A stretch of 64,000 nucleotides of DNA from Rhodothermales bacterium (GTDB lineage: Bacteria > Bacteroidota > Rhodothermia > Rhodothermales > VXPQ01): contig OZ252093.1 of assembly GCA_965248175.1 (NCBI GenBank), positions 2,517,762-2,581,761 of the forward strand, given 5' to 3'. The notes beneath the pieces were generated by a model that saw nothing but the letters and a program-made list of their open reading frames with translations, was not told the origin of the DNA and made no database searches. Position numbers and translations under genes: made by a program. Below are positions 29,106 to 38,428 of this stretch, piece after piece (within the stretch, counting starts at the first letter, position 1; each line of letters starts with the position of its first letter).

Positions 29106-30014
29106 ATGAACACCCCCCGGCATCAGGCCGATCTGCCCCGCATGCGTGAGCAGCTCCTGACATGGATTGCCCGGCAAGCCAGTGAGGAAGCCATGCAATG
29201 GCTGCGCACCCGTCATGCAGAAATTTCAGGGGGCGCTCCCGCTTCCAAATGTTTTATGGCGTTCAGTGGCGCGCCTCGCCGGATTACCAAAGAAACGCTG
29301 GCCCTCGACAAGGCGGACCTGCAGAAAGCCGACGCCCTGCGTCCGGGTTGGAACCCGTCTGCCTGGAGTGTCGACGAAGCCGCCCGCGCCCTGTTGATCC
29401 TGTCTTTCCCCGCAGTCGACGAAAACGTATATGTCGGCATGGTCGAGCAAGTATTCTCGACTGCCGATGTCCGCGAATCGGCGGCGCTTTACCGGATGTT
29501 GCCGCTCTACCCCTTTCCCGAACGTTTCCAGGCACGCGCTGCAGAGGGCATTCGCAGCAATATGACCTCTGTATTCCAGGCCGTCGCCCACCACAATCCC
29601 TATCCCTCGGAGTATTTCGACGAGGGTGCATGGAATCAGATGGTGCTGAAGGCCCTCTTTACCGACAGTCCCCTGTACAAGGTGAGCGGGTTGGACGCAC
29701 GCGTGAACCCACCCCTTGCACGTATGCTTGTGGATTACGCACACGAGAGATGGGCTGCCGGACGCACCGTTTCTCCCGAACTCTGGAGACCTGTGGGACC
29801 CTTTGCGGCCGATGGGTATTTGCACGACCTCGAACGGGTCCTGACCGGCGGCGAAGAGATGGAACAGGAAGCCGCCGCGCTGGCGCTCGCGGATGCGAAC
29901 ACGCCCGCCGCCACCGAACTTCTTGACAGATTTTCCATCCTGAAACAACGCATCGGAGCCGGCGAACTGAACTGGGAATCGTTCAGCCGGAACCGTATCC
30001 GGGGCTCCGCATAG
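29106..30014 (+). CDS. eboA: putative EboA-family protein (first gene of the ebo cluster)
   Basis: No enzymatic motif recognised. The call rests on its position immediately upstream of eboB and on cluster context. An alternative ATG lies at 29052. Confidence 0.5.
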   Translation: MNTPRHQADLPRMREQLLTWIARQASEEAMQWLRTRHAEISGGAPASKCFMAFSGAPRRITKETLALDKADLQKADALRPGWNPSAWSVDEAARALLILSFPAVDENVYVGMVEQVFSTADVRESAALYRMLPLYPFPERFQARAAEGIRSNMTSVFQAVAHHNPYPSEYFDEGAWNQMVLKALFTDSPLYKVSGLDARVNPPLARMLVDYAHERWAAGRTVSPELWRPVGPFAADGYLHDLERVLTGGEEMEQEAAALALADANTPAATELLDRFSILKQRIGAGELNWESFSRNRIRGSA

Positions 30015-30089
30015 GTTTCCGCACACATAACAGACGCTCCCCGGTACCGATTTCGTTTTTACAGGCTCCGATTATACATCCATCCCGTT

Positions 30090-31010
30090 ATGCCGACCCG
30101 CCCTTCCCTGTTTATCGATCCGCATGTCCACATGATTTCCCGGACAACGGACGACTACGAGGCCATGCGCGCCGCCGGCGTCGTAGCCGTGATAGAACCG
30201 GCTTTCTGGCTGGGACAACCGCGCACCACACTTGGGGCCTTCAAGGATTACTTCTCCATGATCGTGGGCTGGGAACGGTTCCGGGCAGGACAATTCGGCG
30301 TTCGGCACTACTGTACCATCGGACTCAATTCAAAAGAGGCCAATAACGAACCTCTTGCAGACGAAGTGATGGAACTCCTGCCGCTCTATGCCGCCAAGGA
30401 AGGGGTCGTTGCGATCGGGGAAATCGGGTACGATGACATGACGCCCGCCGAAGACAAGTATTTTCGGCTGCAACTCGAACTGGCGAAAGAACTCGACATG
30501 CTCGTGCTGATTCACACCCCGCATCGTAACAAAAAAGAGGGTACGAGTCGAAGCATGGATGCCTGTGACGATATCGGACTTGCCCCCGACCGGGTCATCG
30601 TGGATCATAACAACGAGGAGACGGTCCAGGAAGTCCTTGACCGGGGCTACTGGGCCGCATTCACCATCTACCCCTTCACGAAAATGGGCAATGAGCGGAT
30701 GGTCGAAATTGTCCGCGAATACGGCGCCGAGCGCATTTTCATCGACAGTGCGGCGGATTGGGGCATCAGCGACCCGCTGGCCGTACCCAAAACGGCCCGG
30801 CTCATGGCTGAGCGGGGCATCGCAGAGGACCTGATCCGCACGGTTACGTACGACAACGCCCTCAAGGCATACGGGCAAAGCGGGCAGTTTTCGGAAAAAG
30901 ACTGGCTGGAGCCGGCGCCGATCGACCAGCGTGATCTGTACGGCGGCAACTCGGTGCTGCGAGGCGGACAAGCCCCTGTCGTGAAGGAGAAAGGATTGAT
31001 CATCGAGTGA
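30090..31010 (+). CDS. eboB: TatD-family metal-dependent hydrolase, EboB-type
   Basis: FIDPHVHMISRTTDDY (HxH), ...EIGYD..., LIHTPH..., ...FIDSAADWG motifs of the TatD/amidohydrolase fold. ebo context. Confidence 0.8.
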   Translation: MPTRPSLFIDPHVHMISRTTDDYEAMRAAGVVAVIEPAFWLGQPRTTLGAFKDYFSMIVGWERFRAGQFGVRHYCTIGLNSKEANNEPLADEVMELLPLYAAKEGVVAIGEIGYDDMTPAEDKYFRLQLELAKELDMLVLIHTPHRNKKEGTSRSMDACDDIGLAPDRVIVDHNNEETVQEVLDRGYWAAFTIYPFTKMGNERMVEIVREYGAERIFIDSAADWGISDPLAVPKTARLMAERGIAEDLIRTVTYDNALKAYGQSGQFSEKDWLEPAPIDQRDLYGGNSVLRGGQAPVVKEKGLIIE

Positions 31011-32154
31011 TTGGCCCGTCCTGTGCCGCCGCACCGTCCGGGGACCGGAAATCCACAAGATCGTAACTCGTGCTGCGCCCTCCTCCCGGGTTGCGAAGAA
31101 GGATACCGCGCTCAATGAGTTCCGTTATATCCCGCAGCGCGGTGTCCTGGGAGCATTTCGCAAGCTTCCCCCATTTCGATGTGGTGATCTTGCCCTCGAA
31201 CCCATCGAGAAGGCGGGTGAGAACATAGTGCTGGCGCTCGTTGAGAGCAAACCCCGCAATGCGCTCCCGGAACCGAGCCTTGTCGAACACTGCGTCAAGG
31301 GTTGTCCCGGCGCCGTCAATGGCCCGTTTCAGACAATCCAGAAACCAGTACATCCATAAGGAAATGTCCGTCGAGCCTTGCTGGGTTACTTCCAGTATCC
31401 TGTAATAGCCTATGCGCTCCTTCCGGATTTGCGACGACATGCTGTAGAAGCGTTGCGAACTCCTTTCGGAACGGGCCAGCGCCATATCCGCAATGGCCCT
31501 GGCGATACGCCCGTTGCCGTCGTCAAAAGGGTGGATAGTGACAAACCAGAGGTGGGCCAATCCGGCCCTGAGCACACCATCCATTTCGCCGGACGCGTTG
31601 AACCACTCGAGAAAACGTTTCATTTCCTGATCGAGCCGCTCGGCAGGCGGAGCCTCGAAATGTACCTGCTCATGACCGACAGGGCCGGAAACCACCTGCA
31701 TGGGGCCGGTGCGATCATCACGCCAGGCCCCTGTAACAATCCGTCTCAAACCGCTGTAGCCGTCAGGGAACAACAAGGCATGCCAACCCCATAGCCGCTC
31801 GACAGTCAGGGGCAAGTGATAACAGCCCGTAGCGTCAAGCATCATCCGGACCATACCTTCTACATTGCGGTCCACACGGCCAAGGCCACCGATATCTATC
31901 CCAAGATGACGGGCAAGCGAGGAGCGAACCTGCTCCGTGTCCAACTTCTCCCCTTCGATGTCACTACTCTGAAGGACATCCTCAGTAAGCGTTTGGAGAA
32001 CCGCTTCCTGTCGAAGGTCGAAACTCAGCGCCTCCATGCGGCCAAGGAGACGCCCCTGACGGTACCGTACGGTAGCCAGCATCTTGGTCAATGCCTCCTG
32101 ATTCCAGTGGAAGCAAGGCCAATCAGGATGCTCATGGAGATATATTCTACGCAT
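31000..32154 (-). CDS. Fic family protein (DUF4172 N-terminus, Fic domain, C-terminal winged-helix)
   Basis: Active-site HPFDDGNGRIARA. N-terminal HEHPDWPCFHW (DUF4172). SSDIEG matches the (S/T)xxxE(G/N) inhibitory motif. Start at the internal ATG, 32154. Confidence 0.9.
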   Translation of the reverse strand: MRRIYLHEHPDWPCFHWNQEALTKMLATVRYRQGRLLGRMEALSFDLRQEAVLQTLTEDVLQSSDIEGEKLDTEQVRSSLARHLGIDIGGLGRVDRNVEGMVRMMLDATGCYHLPLTVERLWGWHALLFPDGYSGLRRIVTGAWRDDRTGPMQVVSGPVGHEQVHFEAPPAERLDQEMKRFLEWFNASGEMDGVLRAGLAHLWFVTIHPFDDGNGRIARAIADMALARSERSSQRFYSMSSQIRKERIGYYRILEVTQQGSTDISLWMYWFLDCLKRAIDGAGTTLDAVFDKARFRERIAGFALNERQHYVLTRLLDGFEGKITTSKWGKLAKCSQDTALRDITELIERGILLRNPGGGRSTSYDLVDFRSPDGAAAQDGPITR

Positions 32155-32405
32155 AATATGCGGTGATTGTACGTCATAGTCGCCGCAAATGCAAATAATC
32201 GCCGCAAAATTTGCATAGAAAAGAAATATTGGCGAATTCGTCCACCCCTTGCACAGCGCTCGTAGCCTACCCCGCGAAACATGAGGCAACGCCCCCTTGT
32301 TTCTTGATCTTTTCGGCAGCGAAGGGGTATCATACCGCAAAAGCCGGTAAAATCGGGCCGGCCAACCTTGTGTACAGCCATATCATAGCAGGAAAGCCCT
32401 TGCCG

Positions 32406-33623
32406 ATGCAAACAATCCGGCAGGATATTCACGTAACGTTTCGATACGACGTACATTTCGTCACGGACGCTTTCAACCCGGAAAACGACCTGCTCGGCCG
32501 CATCGTTGAAACGGAAGAGGACCTTGCCTCCCGCAAGATACTGACCGTTATCGACGAGGGGCTGCTGCCCCACTATCCGGACCTCCCCGAGCGCGTGGGC
32601 GCCTACTTTTCGCGCCGGGCCGTTGCGTTGAGCCCGCCCCCCACCGTATTTGCGCCTGCGGGAGAAGCGGCCAAAAATGACCCGACGCTTGTCAGTGATC
32701 TGCACGCCGCCATACGACAAGCCGGGCTATGTCGACACTCGTACATCCTGGCGATCGGGGGCGGCTCCGTTTTGGACCTTGCAGGGTACGCCGCCGCCAC
32801 CGCACACCGGGGCATCCGCCTGATTCGCATGCCTACTACGGTACTCGGCCAGAACGATTCAGGCGTGGGTGTAAAAAACAGTGTGAATGCATTGCACGCC
32901 AAGAACTTCCTGGGGACGTTCGCGCCTCCGTACGCCGTAGTCAACGACCTTTCGTTCCTGGCCTCGTTATCCGACCGCGACTGGCGGAGCGGTATCGCCG
33001 AAGCAATCAAAGTAGCGCTTATCAAAGACACCGCTTTCTTCGACGAACTCGAAGCGAATGCAGAGCGCCTTGCGCCGCCCCGGCGGGATGCGAACGCAAT
33101 GACCCGGCTCATTTACCAGTGCGCCACCCTCCATCTCGACCATATCGCCACGTCCGGGGATCCTTTTGAGATGGGCGCCTCCCGTCCCCTCGACTTCGGC
33201 CACTGGGCCGCGCACCAGCTGGAGCAACTCACAGACTACGAACTCCGGCACGGGGAAGCTGTGGCTATCGGTATTGCGCTCGACGCAACCTATTCGCACC
33301 TGTGCGGCCTCCTCCCCACAAGCGACTGGGGAAGAGCCCTGGACCTCCTTGATGCAGTGGGTTTCAACTTGTACGTACCCGAAATCGACGAACACATGGA
33401 TGATCCGGAGCATCCGCGATCTGTTTTCCGAGGTCTCGAAGCCTTCCGGGAACACCTCGGCGGCGAGTTGACCATTATGTTGCTGGCAAACATCGGCCGG
33501 GGCATAGAGGTGCACGATGTCGATCTGGCCGTGTACCGCCGTGCAATGACCCTCTTGCGCACGCGGAAAACCGGCGCCAATGTCCGGAACGCCGCCGAAA
33601 ACATCGTCGCAAATACCCCCTGA
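32406..33623 (+). CDS. eboD: 3-dehydroquinate synthase-fold sugar phosphate cyclase, EboD-type
   Basis: GGGSVLDLAGYAAATAHRGIRLIRMPTTVLGQNDSGVGVKNSVN and HGEAVAIG motifs of the DHQS/EEVS superfamily. ATG at 32406. Confidence 0.8.
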   Translation: MQTIRQDIHVTFRYDVHFVTDAFNPENDLLGRIVETEEDLASRKILTVIDEGLLPHYPDLPERVGAYFSRRAVALSPPPTVFAPAGEAAKNDPTLVSDLHAAIRQAGLCRHSYILAIGGGSVLDLAGYAAATAHRGIRLIRMPTTVLGQNDSGVGVKNSVNALHAKNFLGTFAPPYAVVNDLSFLASLSDRDWRSGIAEAIKVALIKDTAFFDELEANAERLAPPRRDANAMTRLIYQCATLHLDHIATSGDPFEMGASRPLDFGHWAAHQLEQLTDYELRHGEAVAIGIALDATYSHLCGLLPTSDWGRALDLLDAVGFNLYVPEIDEHMDDPEHPRSVFRGLEAFREHLGGELTIMLLANIGRGIEVHDVDLAVYRRAMTLLRTRKTGANVRNAAENIVANTP

Positions 33624-33630
33624 CGCTCCC

Positions 33631-34875
33631 ATGCGCATTCGGCAAGGCGATAGCCTGGAACTGACCTACTGCGCCAACATCCATCCCGGAGAAACGCTCG
33701 ACGAGGTGGAGGAAAACATCCGCACGTATGCAACCGCCGTCAAGAAACAGGTGGCGCCCGAGGCTTCCATGGGAATTGGCCTGCGGCTCTCCAACCGTGC
33801 GGCAGAGGAACTGACCGGAAACGAAGCCGGACTGGAACGTTTTTGCAGCCTGTTCGAAGACCATGGGCTGTATGCCTTCACGATCAACGGTTTCCCGTAC
33901 GGCAATTTTCACCGGCAGCGTGTCAAGGACGAGGTATACAAGCCGGACTGGCGTACTGCCGAGCGGCGTGTCTATACAGAGCGCCTCGCAGAGATCCTGG
34001 CGCGGCTTCTCCCTGACGGCGTCGAGGGCAGCATTTCGACTTCCCCCATCTCCTACAAACCGTGGCTTGCGAACCAGGATGCACGGGACGACGCCCTGCG
34101 TGCGGGAGCCGGACACCTCGCAGAAATCGCCTTCCGGCTTTTCGAACAACGCGAACGAACCGGACAGCTCATCCACATCGGCATGGAGCCGGAGCCGGAC
34201 TGCCTGATCGAAAACACCGCCGAAACCGTGTCCTTCTTCGAGGAATGGCTCTGGACGCACGGTGCAAGACGTCTGACACAGGAACACGGTTTGGCTTCGA
34301 CCCAGGCGGAAGATATCCTGCGTGAGCATATCCGCCTGTGCTACGACACATGCCATTTTGCGGTAGAATTCGAATCACCCGGTGAGGCCCTGTCCGCTTT
34401 TGGGCGAGCGGGAGTCCGGCTCAGCAAAATCCAGATCAGCGCCGCATTACGTGTCCCGCTGGAAAAACCGGATGCTGCGGGTCGACGGACGTCCCGGAAC
34501 GAATTGGCTGAGGCGCTGGAACCCTTCGCCGAATCGACCTACCTGCACCAGGTGGTGGCCCGGTCTGAAGACGGTACGTTACACCGCTACCGGGACCTGC
34601 CCGACGCCTTGCCCTGCCTTATGTCCGAGGATGCGGAAGAATGGCGCATCCATTACCATGTGCCCGTTTTTATCGACCGGTTTCCGCATTTCTACTCGAC
34701 GCAGGAAGACATTACGGCCACTTTGGCGCAGGTACTTCGGGATGCGTCGTGCCCTCACCTCGAGATAGAAACCTACACCTGGGAAGTGCTTCCCGACCGG
34801 CTCAAAACGGACATCGTACCCTCCATCGTGCGCGAGTACGCATGGGTGATGGACTGCCTCGAAAAAGCCGCATAA
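33631..34875 (+). CDS. eboE: xylose isomerase-like TIM-barrel protein, EboE-type
   Basis: About 414 aa. Starts 8 nt after the eboD stop. Sugar-phosphate isomerase/epimerase-like pattern. Assigned mainly from cluster order. Confidence 0.7.
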   Translation: MRIRQGDSLELTYCANIHPGETLDEVEENIRTYATAVKKQVAPEASMGIGLRLSNRAAEELTGNEAGLERFCSLFEDHGLYAFTINGFPYGNFHRQRVKDEVYKPDWRTAERRVYTERLAEILARLLPDGVEGSISTSPISYKPWLANQDARDDALRAGAGHLAEIAFRLFEQRERTGQLIHIGMEPEPDCLIENTAETVSFFEEWLWTHGARRLTQEHGLASTQAEDILREHIRLCYDTCHFAVEFESPGEALSAFGRAGVRLSKIQISAALRVPLEKPDAAGRRTSRNELAEALEPFAESTYLHQVVARSEDGTLHRYRDLPDALPCLMSEDAEEWRIHYHVPVFIDRFPHFYSTQEDITATLAQVLRDASCPHLEIETYTWEVLPDRLKTDIVPSIVREYAWVMDCLEKAA

Positions 34876-34897
34876 GGCCGTCTGTCGCCGCACCGCC

Positions 34898-36277
34898 ATG
34901 CCGAAACTCGCCGTACTGAATGTCGTCGGACTGACCCCCCGCCTCTTGCCGCAGGCGCCTTTTCTGGCATCCTGGACACGACGAGGAAAGGCGGCGGCGG
35001 TGATACCCGTCCTGCCCGCCGTCACCTGCTCCATGCAGTCCACCCTGTTGACCGGCGCAATGCCCTCGGAACATGGCATCGTCGGCAACGGATGGTATGT
35101 TCGGGACGAGGGCGAAATTCGATTCTGGCGGCAGTCGAACCGGCTCGTGCAGCATGAAAAAATATGGGAAAAGGCACGGCGCCTCGGTATCCCGGACTTC
35201 ACCTGCGCCAACATGTTCTGGTGGTACAATATGTACTCGTCCGTGGACTATGCGGCCACGCCACGCCCCATGTATCCCGCCGATGGGCGCAAAATTCCGG
35301 ATATCTGGACGGAACCGGTTGAACTGCGATCGGAACTCCGCCAAAAATCAGGATCGTTCCCGTTATTCAAGTTCTGGGGACCCGGAACGACCATCCGTTC
35401 GAGCGAATGGATTGCACGGGCGGCTCTGCACGTGGATGCCCGTCACAATCCCGGCATGACGCTCATCTACCTGCCCCATCTCGATTACGTACTGCAGCGC
35501 GAGGGTCCGGCAGGAGCAAGCGTAGCCGAAGAAGTGGCACAGATTGACGGGGTCTGCGAGGAACTCATCACGCACTACGAATCGCAGGGAGCCGCTGTCA
35601 TCGTCCTGTCGGAATACGGCATTACGCCGGTGCATCGATCCGTGTCGCTCAACCGCATTCTCCGGCGGGAAGGATTCCTGCAGGTACGTGAAGAACTGGA
35701 ACGGGAACTCCTTGACGCAGGCGCCAGCCAGGCCTTCGCTGTCGCGGATCATCAGGTGGCGCACGTATACGTGAACAACCGGGATGTGCTGGAGGACGTA
35801 CGCACACTCGTCGAAGCGACAAACGGAGTTGCTGCCGTCCTGTACGGGGAAGAGCGCGCCGCCCACGGACTGGATCACCCCCGGGCCGGCGATCTCGTAG
35901 CCGTTGCCGACCAGGATGCCTGGTTCACATACTACTACTGGCTGGATGATGACCTGGCGCCCGATTTTGCGCGGACTGTGGACATCCATCGGAAACCGGG
36001 CTACGATCCCTGCGAACTCTTCCTGGACCCGGCCCTGCCCTCGGCCCGATTGCGGGCGGGGTTCCGGCTATTGCAAAAGAAACTGGGTTTCCGCTACCTG
36101 CTGGATGTGATCCCGCTGGACCCATCGCTTGTCAAGGGATCGCATGGGCGGCTGCCCGACGATCCGCTGGACGGGCCGCTCATCCTATCCAACCACCCCG
36201 AACTACTCCCCGGCTCGCCCCTGCCTGCAACAGACATACAGGACATCATGCTGGCGCATCTTCAGGTTCCCCTTTAG
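34898..36277 (+). CDS. eboF: alkaline phosphatase-superfamily nucleotide pyrophosphatase/phosphodiesterase, EboF-type
   Basis: LNVVGLTP...PAVTCSMQSTLLTGAMPSEHGIVGNGW (nucleophile loop), ...LYLPHLD..., ...SEYG... motifs of type I phosphodiesterases. Confidence 0.8.
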   Translation: MPKLAVLNVVGLTPRLLPQAPFLASWTRRGKAAAVIPVLPAVTCSMQSTLLTGAMPSEHGIVGNGWYVRDEGEIRFWRQSNRLVQHEKIWEKARRLGIPDFTCANMFWWYNMYSSVDYAATPRPMYPADGRKIPDIWTEPVELRSELRQKSGSFPLFKFWGPGTTIRSSEWIARAALHVDARHNPGMTLIYLPHLDYVLQREGPAGASVAEEVAQIDGVCEELITHYESQGAAVIVLSEYGITPVHRSVSLNRILRREGFLQVREELERELLDAGASQAFAVADHQVAHVYVNNRDVLEDVRTLVEATNGVAAVLYGEERAAHGLDHPRAGDLVAVADQDAWFTYYYWLDDDLAPDFARTVDIHRKPGYDPCELFLDPALPSARLRAGFRLLQKKLGFRYLLDVIPLDPSLVKGSHGRLPDDPLDGPLILSNHPELLPGSPLPATDIQDIMLAHLQVPL

Positions 36278-37235
36278 ACCTCCACACGTCCCGAAGCAGG
36301 TATCGCGGGCGTCCCTTCACTTCTTCATACACTCGCGCCAGATACGCTCCCGTAACGCCGAGAAAGAACAACTGCACCCCCCCGAAAAAAAACGCGGCAA
36401 AGATAAGCGATGTCCAGCCGGGGACTACGCCGCCGAATACATATTTCTGCAGCAGCGCCCAGGCGATGCCCACCATCGACAGGAGCGAAATAGTCATTCC
36501 GATGCCTACGGCATACCATAGCGGCTTCTGAGAAAACGACGTAATGCTATCGACGGCAAGGCGGAGAGATTTACGGAAAGAGTATTTGGCCTTGCCTGCC
36601 GCACGGGGAGGTCGTCGATACCGGATCCCCGTCTGCTCGAAACCGAGCCAGGCAACCAACCCCCGCACAAACGGTTGGCTCTCGCCAAGGCGGCGGTAGG
36701 CATCCAGTACGGGGCGGCTCACCAACCGGAAATCCCCCGTATCTCTCGGGGCCTGCACATCCGTCATATGGTTGAAGAAGCGGTAGAACAGCCAGGCGGC
36801 GGTGCGCTTGAAAACCGTTTCGCCCTCCCGCTCCTCACGGAGCCCATAGACGACATCGTATCCTTCCCGCCATTTGTCGATCATTCTCGCGGCCACCGAA
36901 AGCGGGTCTTGTAAATCCGCGTCCATGATAATAGCGGCATCCGCGGTCACGAATTCCATGCCCGCCGTAATGGCGATCTGGTGGCCGAAATTGCGTGAAA
37001 ATTGCGCCAGAACGTAGCCGGGCCTGCCGGCAGCGAGTGTGCGCACCTTGTCCACAGTGCCATCCCGGCTGCCGTCGTCAACGAGAATAACTTCAACGAC
37101 TTCCGGATGCTCTCCCCGAAAAGCCTCAATCTCCCCGATAAGGAGTGGCGCTACCGCCTCCTCGTTGTAGAGGGGCACAACAAGTGCTACCGTACGGCGG
37201 GGTACGGATTCCGATGTGTATTCCGAGTTGTCCAT
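36246..37235 (-). CDS. glycosyltransferase family 2, polyprenyl-phosphate glycosyltransferase type (GtrB/ArnC/DPM1-like) with two C-terminal TM helices
   Basis: VVPLYNEE...LVDDGSRDGT...SRNFGHQIA...MDADLQDP motifs. Start at the internal ATG, 37235. Confidence 0.85.
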   Translation of the reverse strand: MDNSEYTSESVPRRTVALVVPLYNEEAVAPLLIGEIEAFRGEHPEVVEVILVDDGSRDGTVDKVRTLAAGRPGYVLAQFSRNFGHQIAITAGMEFVTADAAIIMDADLQDPLSVAARMIDKWREGYDVVYGLREEREGETVFKRTAAWLFYRFFNHMTDVQAPRDTGDFRLVSRPVLDAYRRLGESQPFVRGLVAWLGFEQTGIRYRRPPRAAGKAKYSFRKSLRLAVDSITSFSQKPLWYAVGIGMTISLLSMVGIAWALLQKYVFGGVVPGWTSLIFAAFFFGGVQLFFLGVTGAYLARVYEEVKGRPRYLLRDVWRSKGEPEDAPA

Positions 37236-37278
37236 GCCAGGATATCCGGGAGAGCAGAGGCCCCGCAATATACGGCAA

Positions 37279-38376
37279 TCATTCGGCAGCGCGCCGCCAT
37301 GCCCCGCGCGCAAGTACGACTCGAGCCGATATGCGATGGGTATAGCCGAGATCGGAAGCAAGGCCCGCAAAATTTCCGAACCCGTAATTGATGGCCAATC
37401 GGCCGAGATGCAACCCGGCCCCTACCGTCGGGGCAGCGTCCCATCCCTCTCGTTCGGATTTGAGGATATCCGTTAAACCTGCGCGCAGCGCCATGACCTT
37501 CCGAAAGCCGTATTCCACGCCCAGGCGGGGATGATACGATACCCCTCCTGTGTGCAGCGCATAGACTTGCTGCCCCTCGAAAGCCATATCCACATCCAAT
37601 CCAAGGGTGATGCGGTGTGCCCCAAAGTCCAGGACATACCCCGATCCGAGCCGCAGAAGCGGTAACACGGTCTCCACGCCGCCCTTGGGAATCGTTTGGC
37701 CAAAAACATCCTGGATGTTCGAAAGGAGATCGCGGTTTACGTTCCAGGATTGTCTCATCCCGGCAGCATCCTGCAAGTTGACCCCTGCCATGAAAGCTCC
37801 GCGCCGATACAGCCCCCCCACATCGAAACTGTATCCCCAGGCATCGGCAAAATCACCGATGCTTCGGCGGATGATCTTCGCGGTCACGCCGGCGGCAAGG
37901 TCCGTGCGTACAAGGCGGGCATAGCTTACGAAGAACGCCGCATCCGCCGCAGAAAAGCTGGTAATGTGCTCTTCGGGATGAGGTCGAGGCTGGTTGCGCT
38001 CAGGATCCCAAGCGTCAAGCGTGTTTTTTATATCGTTCACCCCACTCCGGAAGAACGATGCTCCCAGCGTTGAGCGGGCATTGACAGGCCATGCAACAGC
38101 CCCGTAATCGAACGAAACAATCCCGGCAAAACGCTCCGCATGCATGTATTCCACTTCGGGAAACACCGTCCGGCTGAGGCCGGCGGGATTCCAGTAGCCT
38201 GCACTCACGTCGTCCGCCAACGCAATATGGGCCCCTCCCATACCCAGTGCCCGCCCGCCTGCACCGGTTGCGAGAAAATCAGCTCCATAGCTAACCACTT
38301 GCTGTCCCTTGGCAGGCGCCGCCGTAAGCAGGGCCACAAAAAGGCTTGCGCAAAAAAACCATCGGCCTGCGGTCAT
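37279..38376 (-). CDS. PorV/PorQ-family outer-membrane beta-barrel protein
   Basis: Signal peptide. GGRALGMGGAHIALADDVSAGYWNPAGL motif is typical of the PorV/PorQ (UPF0164-like) family. Confidence 0.6.
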   Translation of the reverse strand: MTAGRWFFCASLFVALLTAAPAKGQQVVSYGADFLATGAGGRALGMGGAHIALADDVSAGYWNPAGLSRTVFPEVEYMHAERFAGIVSFDYGAVAWPVNARSTLGASFFRSGVNDIKNTLDAWDPERNQPRPHPEEHITSFSAADAAFFVSYARLVRTDLAAGVTAKIIRRSIGDFADAWGYSFDVGGLYRRGAFMAGVNLQDAAGMRQSWNVNRDLLSNIQDVFGQTIPKGGVETVLPLLRLGSGYVLDFGAHRITLGLDVDMAFEGQQVYALHTGGVSYHPRLGVEYGFRKVMALRAGLTDILKSEREGWDAAPTVGAGLHLGRLAINYGFGNFAGLASDLGYTHRISARVVLARGAWRRAAE

Positions 38377-38428
38377 GAAGTTCTCGCTTGCTAAGGTGAA
38401 GTGTTACCGTTGATCAGGGCGCCCGTAG

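Noticed and set aside
32211-32405. 65-codon N-terminal extension of the eboD ORF
   Set aside because: The extension lies in the AT-rich spacer and is not DHQS-like. The family-typical N-terminus begins at the ATG at 32406.
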